In this document: one piece after another, positions 60,494 to 64,000 of the stretch
Layout of the letters: each line of letters opens with the position of its first letter
Numbering within the stretch: the stretch's first letter is position 1
Assembly (NCBI GenBank): GCA_035501775.1
Contig: DATJVM010000046.1
Coordinates: 36,244-100,243, forward strand
Direction: 5' to 3'
From: Gemmatimonadales bacterium
GTDB lineage: Bacteria; Gemmatimonadota; Gemmatimonadetes; Gemmatimonadales; GWC2-71-9
DNA: 64,000 nucleotides
Notes under the pieces: model-generated
The model's database searches: none
Seen by the model: the letters and a program-made list of their open reading frames with translations, nothing else
What the model was told of the DNA's origin: nothing
Position numbers and translations under genes: made by a program

Positions 60494-60536
60494 ACAAAGA
60501 AACTCGCCCCGATGCCCTTACGGGTCCGGGGCGAGT
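60494..60536 (-). terminator. Intrinsic terminator closing the minus-strand cassette
   Basis: On the minus strand a perfect 10-bp stem ACTCGCCCCG/CGGGGCGAGT with a 15-nt loop is followed by TTCTTTGT. It lies 18 nt after the stop of ORF 60555..60773. Confidence 0.65.
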
Positions 60537-60554
60537 GGCTTCCCCTCGGTCAGA

Positions 60555-60773
60555 CTATGGCTGGTAGCGAATCAGGTCAACGCTTGCCGGTGGCAGCGGC
60601 AGGTGGGCAAGGAAGAATGGCTGCACTGCCGTGGAGGTCAGTCGCGTTCCTGCAAGCGGATCGCTTACGGAATAGTTCGCCGCGCTGGGCGCCCACAGCC
60701 CCGCAGACACAAATAGCGGATCAAGAGACTCGATTGTATGGGGCGTGTCGTCGATCATCATAGTTGAGTCCAA
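60555..60773 (-). CDS. Possible 72-aa protein of unknown function (fourth cassette gene)
   Basis: ATG start overlaps the SDH protease 3-prime end by 16 nt, and the terminator lies just downstream. I recognised no family. Confidence 0.3.
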   Translation of the reverse strand: MDSTMMIDDTPHTIESLDPLFVSAGLWAPSAANYSVSDPLAGTRLTSTAVQPFFLAHLPLPPASVDLIRYQP

Positions 60774-61744
60774 CCTTCCCGGATAACCTGCATCTGGACG
60801 CCCTGTGGCGCTAGGGCGGCACGACCCTCAGTCTGAAAACCGTCCAGCCTTCCTGCCGACTCGATGTAGGCCCGGTCGAGCTTAAACGGGTACGGGTTCG
60901 TGGTTGCCAGTGCGGCCAAAGGGTTAAATGGCGCACGCAACTCCAGGTCTGCTTCGTATTGTTGCAGCAAATCCACAAGCGCCTGCTCAAGTTTCGACTC
61001 CGGCTCCTCAACCTTGAGCCCGATGCTCTTTGCCTCGCGCCGGGTGATAAGGTAGTCGTGCGAGTAAAGCTTTTCCGTAAGCGTTTCGATTATTCCGTCC
61101 ACCGTTGGGTCGTCGCCTTTCGTGTGAAACTGCAACAACTTGCGAGAAAGCATCCGGATCTGCGTCCGCGACCGGAATACCTGCCCTAGGGCCACCGGCC
61201 GCACGTCTGATGCCAGCTTCTCGAAAACGCTGACCATCCCGTCCTCGCCCTTGATGTCCGCCGCCTCACGCGCCAGGCTCAGGTACCCAATCACCTCCTC
61301 AACACTGACCGGGAGGGTCGGGAGGGGGGCGCCGGGTTGGATCGGCATCCCATGTACGAGGGGGTTGTAGGGCCCGTTGGTGGAGGGGTCCACTGGAGAA
61401 AGCTGCCCCTCCGGGAGCATGATGATCCGGTCGGCGCCCAAGGCAACGAGCGTCCCGGCGCTTTGGCAACGAAAGGGAACAAGCAGAGTGAACTCGTTGC
61501 AATACTCTCGGATCAGCCCCACTAGACGGAACGCCGACATCACGTCGCCGCCGAGTGTGTAGAGGAATAGATCCAATTTCGGCTGCTTGCCGATTAGCCG
61601 AAGATGTCGCGACGCGAGCGGGATCAGATCGGCCGCGACACGCGTTTCCATACCCTGTCGATCGCCGAGCACGATCGTCAGGACCCGACTACCTCGGGCT
61701 TTCTCGATCCGCTGAAGCGCTGCTACACGAGTATCTCGCGGCAC
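60758..61744 (-). CDS. SDH-family (serine dehydrogenase proteinase) ClpP/SppA-fold serine protease
   Basis: The stretch LTIVLGDRQGMETRVAADLIP...KLDLFLYTLGGDVMSAFRLVGLIREYCNEFTLLVPFRCQSAGTLVALGADRIIMLPEGQLSPVDPS matches my memory of the SDH family core, with the Ser in QSAGT. GTG start is preceded by AGGAAG at 6-nt spacing. Confidence 0.8.
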   Translation of the reverse strand: MPRDTRVAALQRIEKARGSRVLTIVLGDRQGMETRVAADLIPLASRHLRLIGKQPKLDLFLYTLGGDVMSAFRLVGLIREYCNEFTLLVPFRCQSAGTLVALGADRIIMLPEGQLSPVDPSTNGPYNPLVHGMPIQPGAPLPTLPVSVEEVIGYLSLAREAADIKGEDGMVSVFEKLASDVRPVALGQVFRSRTQIRMLSRKLLQFHTKGDDPTVDGIIETLTEKLYSHDYLITRREAKSIGLKVEEPESKLEQALVDLLQQYEADLELRAPFNPLAALATTNPYPFKLDRAYIESAGRLDGFQTEGRAALAPQGVQMQVIREGWTQL

Positions 61745-61786
61745 CGAATACTTCCTAGGAAGAGAGCTAACAACTTACCACCATCT

Positions 61787-62563
61787 TCATGGTGGCGGTG
61801 GTATAGGCGTTTCAGCCGTCGTCGTGGGGTCAATCTTACGCGCCCACGTCTGGATGTGATCTTCGAGTTCCCCGAGACACTGATCGTGTTCCTGGAATTC
61901 GGACGGCTCAAGCTCGTGGCCAACGACATCCTTCCCGCTGACCGTCAGCTGCATGATCTGGACGTCTCCCCCAATCCCGCCGGGGTTAGTCTGGATTGCG
62001 TGGCGCATCGCCCAGAGCGCGCCGAGGGTTCCGTCTGCGAGACTGGGCGTCTTGTTCTTCCAGAGCACTCGGCGGACGAAATACATGAACGGTTCTGCTA
62101 AGTGCTGCCCACTCCCTGCGGTAGTGAATGTCAGCGGGTCTGGCCCAATGAACATCGGTTGGCAAGAATGCGCGACACTCACTAAGCAGGGAGTTGAGTC
62201 GAGGGGATAGGCAACAACCAGCTGAAAGCCTGCCTGTTGGAGGACGATCTGCGAATTGTTTTGGGCCTTCGCCTGTTGTTCGGCGAGCTTCCATTCGTCC
62301 TCAACCAGCGGCTTAATCGCCTCTCGCAGCTTTGTCAGGGAGCGGGCAACTGGCCCAGTCCGAAAGGACTTCATGTGGTCGTGGAGCGCGCCACACAAAC
62401 GCTGCCCAAAGGGTACTGAGCCAGCGACCCCGACGATGAGCGGGTCTGAGGTATGGAGGGTCAGCTTGCGCCCGAGCGGCAGGGCGGTGGGTCCAGTGGA
62501 AACCGCACTATCAGCTGCGACGACGATGCCATCGTGGCACCGTACTCCGATAATGAGGGTCAC
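61787..62563 (-). CDS. Proteasome beta-subunit/HslV-like Ntn-hydrolase (Thr protease) homolog
   Basis: (f)M-TLIIGVRCHDGIVVAADSAV...GRKLTL...IVGVAGS...TTAGSGQ. Thr is the first residue after the initiator. Asp at mature position 17, Lys at 32 and the GSG motif fit the T1/D17/K33/S129-G130 proteasome pattern. Confidence 0.75.
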   Translation of the reverse strand: MTLIIGVRCHDGIVVAADSAVSTGPTALPLGRKLTLHTSDPLIVGVAGSVPFGQRLCGALHDHMKSFRTGPVARSLTKLREAIKPLVEDEWKLAEQQAKAQNNSQIVLQQAGFQLVVAYPLDSTPCLVSVAHSCQPMFIGPDPLTFTTAGSGQHLAEPFMYFVRRVLWKNKTPSLADGTLGALWAMRHAIQTNPGGIGGDVQIMQLTVSGKDVVGHELEPSEFQEHDQCLGELEDHIQTWARKIDPTTTAETPIPPPP

Positions 62564-62567
62564 TCAG

Positions 62568-63032
62568 TCAGTCGCGGAAGACGCTCTTGGCGCGCATGGC
62601 CGGGTAGGCCTCATAGATGGCGCGCACGAGGTCGTTGAACGGTAGGGACTGGGCCCACCGCACAACATCGTTCAGGTAGGCAAGGCCGTCCTGGGGAGCG
62701 CGCGTAGCGATGTGCTGCGCAGCTTGCTGCCCCTCTGGCGTCAGCTGATAGCGGCGTAAGCTGTTGCCGCGCGAATAGTCCACGGAGATGAAATCGGTTA
62801 GTGCGAACAGGTCTGCGTCGTTGTAGATCTGTCGGCAAAATGGGCCGTAGTTGTACGGCTCGAAGCGGTAGAATCCCGGGTGGACCGTCGCCTTCTTCCT
62901 CTCGCCGAGGAGGAAGAGAACCTTCTGGAGCTGAACCGGGGTAAGGCCGCTGCGCGACCGCTCAAGTGCGAGCAGCAGCCAATCGCGCGGTTCCAACCGT
63001 GGCGATCGGACCTTATTCGGCGTCTTGGCCAT
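62568..63032 (-). CDS. DUF4065/Panacea (SocA-like) domain protein, predicted wHTH
   Basis: ORF 62568..63209. The ATG at 63032 has GGAG 9 nt upstream. LTPVQLQKVLFLLGE...FEPYNYGPFCRQIYNDADLF resembles the kLqKLLY...W.yGPv..evY signature of DUF4065. The stop lies 4 nt before the next gene's GTG. Confidence 0.5.
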   Translation of the reverse strand: MAKTPNKVRSPRLEPRDWLLLALERSRSGLTPVQLQKVLFLLGERKKATVHPGFYRFEPYNYGPFCRQIYNDADLFALTDFISVDYSRGNSLRRYQLTPEGQQAAQHIATRAPQDGLAYLNDVVRWAQSLPFNDLVRAIYEAYPAMRAKSVFRD

Positions 63033-63057
63033 GAGGCGGGCTCCAGCAAAGGGGCTG

Positions 63058-63092
63058 CTTGTGAAAATAGTCACAAGCCAAGCTACCGGCAA
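63058..63092 (-). promoter_or_regulatory. Sigma-70-like promoter overlapped by a perfect inverted repeat (operator candidate)
   Basis: On the minus strand: TTGCCG (63092-63087), a 17-nt spacer, TATTTT (63069-64). The IR CTTGTGA-N6-TCACAAG (63077-63058) spans the -10, about 25 nt upstream of ATG 63032. Confidence 0.35.
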
Positions 63093-63171
63093 CGATTGCA
63101 GGAGGCTTTCATAACGTAGTGACGGACGCTTCATCGGTCCAGAATAGACCGGTGTCATCGACTCGTCGTCA

Positions 63172-64000
63172 TCATATTCCCGCAACGGGCTCCTTGAATG
63201 GCCCGTCAAACCGCGCGGTTCCGTCGGCGGCTACGGCCAGGACGCATGCATCGAGGCGGTCCGGGCTGCGCGCGATGATCGCCCGCCACTCCGCCTTGCT
63301 GATGATCTGGAGCTTCCCGGAGGAGTTCGTGAATCCCCGACAGGTCCGGAGCTCCTCCTCCAGCAGCGGGTCGGGCGGCAGCGCCACCAGCCCCCGCACC
63401 AACATCGTCCGGAACCGGTCGTAGGCCTCGGCCCGGAGGTTTGCGTACCGGATCACCGCGCCCTCCTCCTCGGGGCGCTTCGAGGCGATGAACGCCGTGC
63501 AGGGGTAGCCCGCCTCGCGGAGCCGGTCGCCGAGCCCTTTCCCGACGCCGATCTCATCTACGACCACGGAGGTCGGTGGCCCCAGCGCGGTGAGCGGGTC
63601 GCCCATGATCCTGACCGGGAACCCGGCGGCCATCAGCGCGGTTGCCCGGGCGGTCTCGCGGATCTTCGGCGGGACGTGCAGCTCGCGGAAGATGTCGATG
63701 ATCCGCCCCACCGACCTCATGGTGTCCGACTCCCGCCACGTGATCAGCCGTTCCACGAACCCGCCCCGCGCGACGGCGATCACCGATTCATCGCCGGCTT
63801 CTGAGGCCCCGACGTCCACGCCCAGGACACGGCGCTTCCGCTGCTGCGTGACCTGGAAGGCCGCGTTCTCGTACCGAGCGAAGGCGGCGGCGATGGCCTC
63901 GGGCGGGAAGAAGGCGTCGGAGGGCGACTCCGGGAACCGCGCGCAGACCCGCGACTGGAAGACCGCCGACTCCTCGCCGTAGGTCCAGCGGAGATTGTCG
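63172..64000 (-). CDS. terL: Phage terminase large subunit, C-terminal (nuclease) part; N-terminus beyond the window
   Basis: The frame stays open from 63819 up to base 64000 (...YGEESAVFQSRVCARFPESPSDAFFPPEAIAAAFARYENAAFQVTQQRKRRVLGVDVGASEAGDESVIAVA...VVVDEIGVGKGLGDRLREAG...YANLRAEAYDRFR...SSGKLQIISKAEWRAIIARSPDRLDACVLAVA). This is the classic RNaseH-like terminase nuclease pattern. Confidence 0.75.
   Translation of the reverse strand, partial: DNLRWTYGEESAVFQSRVCARFPESPSDAFFPPEAIAAAFARYENAAFQVTQQRKRRVLGVDVGASEAGDESVIAVARGGFVERLITWRESDTMRSVGRIIDIFRELHVPPKIRETARATALMAAGFPVRIMGDPLTALGPPTSVVVDEIGVGKGLGDRLREAGYPCTAFIASKRPEEEGAVIRYANLRAEAYDRFRTMLVRGLVALPPDPLLEEELRTCRGFTNSSGKLQIISKAEWRAIIARSPDRLDACVLAVAADGTARFDGPFKEPVAGI

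Larger units (their letters stand above)
60326..64000. mobile_element. Left end of a tRNA-targeted integrated element (prophage or prophage remnant), continuing past the window end
   Basis: There is a tRNA 3-prime fragment at the boundary and a visible drop in GC and change in codon style to its right. A phage terminase large subunit is open to base 64000. Short GTGAC repeats and a palindrome lie next to the att fragment. Confidence 0.65.

Noticed and set aside
60450-60763. Plus-strand ORFs 60450..60716 (88 aa) and 60512..60763 (83 aa) next to the att fragment.
   Set aside because: Both read through the minus-strand terminator hairpin and overlap the better-supported minus-strand ORF. Their composition is Arg/Gly-rich with no SD or recognisable motif.
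63033-63209. Longer 213-aa version of the DUF4065-like gene starting at 63209 and overlapping the terL 3-prime end.
   Set aside because: The extension would run through the promoter/operator-like sequence and has no domain-like character. The ATG at 63032 has a GGAG at suitable spacing. It is kept as an alternative start only.

Overview
This is a high-GC bacterial chromosomal window. The gene content (ADOP-type duplicated permease with PadR, a GWxTD protein, many ECF sigma operons) suggests Gemmatimonadota or Acidobacteriota, but that is inference only. About 94% of it (1-60325) is densely packed housekeeping and regulatory DNA. It carries guaB, two APC permeases, an NrnA/Nfu/Mrp group, and two ECF sigma/anti-sigma operons. 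It also carries a quinone late-step cluster (UbiE/MenG, UbiD, UbiA, UbiX) interrupted by a Tat-secreted GH2 glycosidase. Further genes are mutM, PadR-ADOP permease, purD, a transsulfuration enzyme, two tandem REC-HD-GYP paralogs, glmM-glmS, dtd, maf and an FHA-GAF-cyclase. The list continues with trpE, a GspE/PilB-type ATPase fused to a receiver domain, hisC-hisB-hisH-NUDIX-hisF, a GAF-PAS hybrid kinase, engB, and clpX-clpP-tig. No rRNA, complete tRNA or CRISPR array was seen.

Two things stand out.

(1) At 60326-60375 there is only the 3-prime half of a tRNA-Leu-like gene. Immediately to its right the DNA becomes visibly more AT-rich and phage-like, with a terminase large subunit running off the window end. 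I read this as the att-type junction of an integrated element. Between terL and the att fragment sits a self-contained cassette (about 60494-63092, minus strand) with its own promoter/operator-like sequence and a strong intrinsic terminator. It encodes a DUF4065/Panacea-like wHTH protein, an orphan proteasome-beta/HslV-like Thr protease, an SDH-family ClpP-fold Ser protease and a 72-aa unknown. I know of no described system with this composition, and it is my top candidate for a novel system, possibly defence or toxin-antitoxin-like.

(2) At least four intergenic loci carry arrays of tandem 7-8 nt repeats drawn from a shared set of motifs (GGTAGGGC, CTAACGG, AGCGTAC, CCGCTCA, ACTTCTC). These resemble cyanobacterial STRR elements, and some have G-quadruplex potential.

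All family calls come from motif recognition in the supplied translations. No searches were run, and start codons are best guesses.
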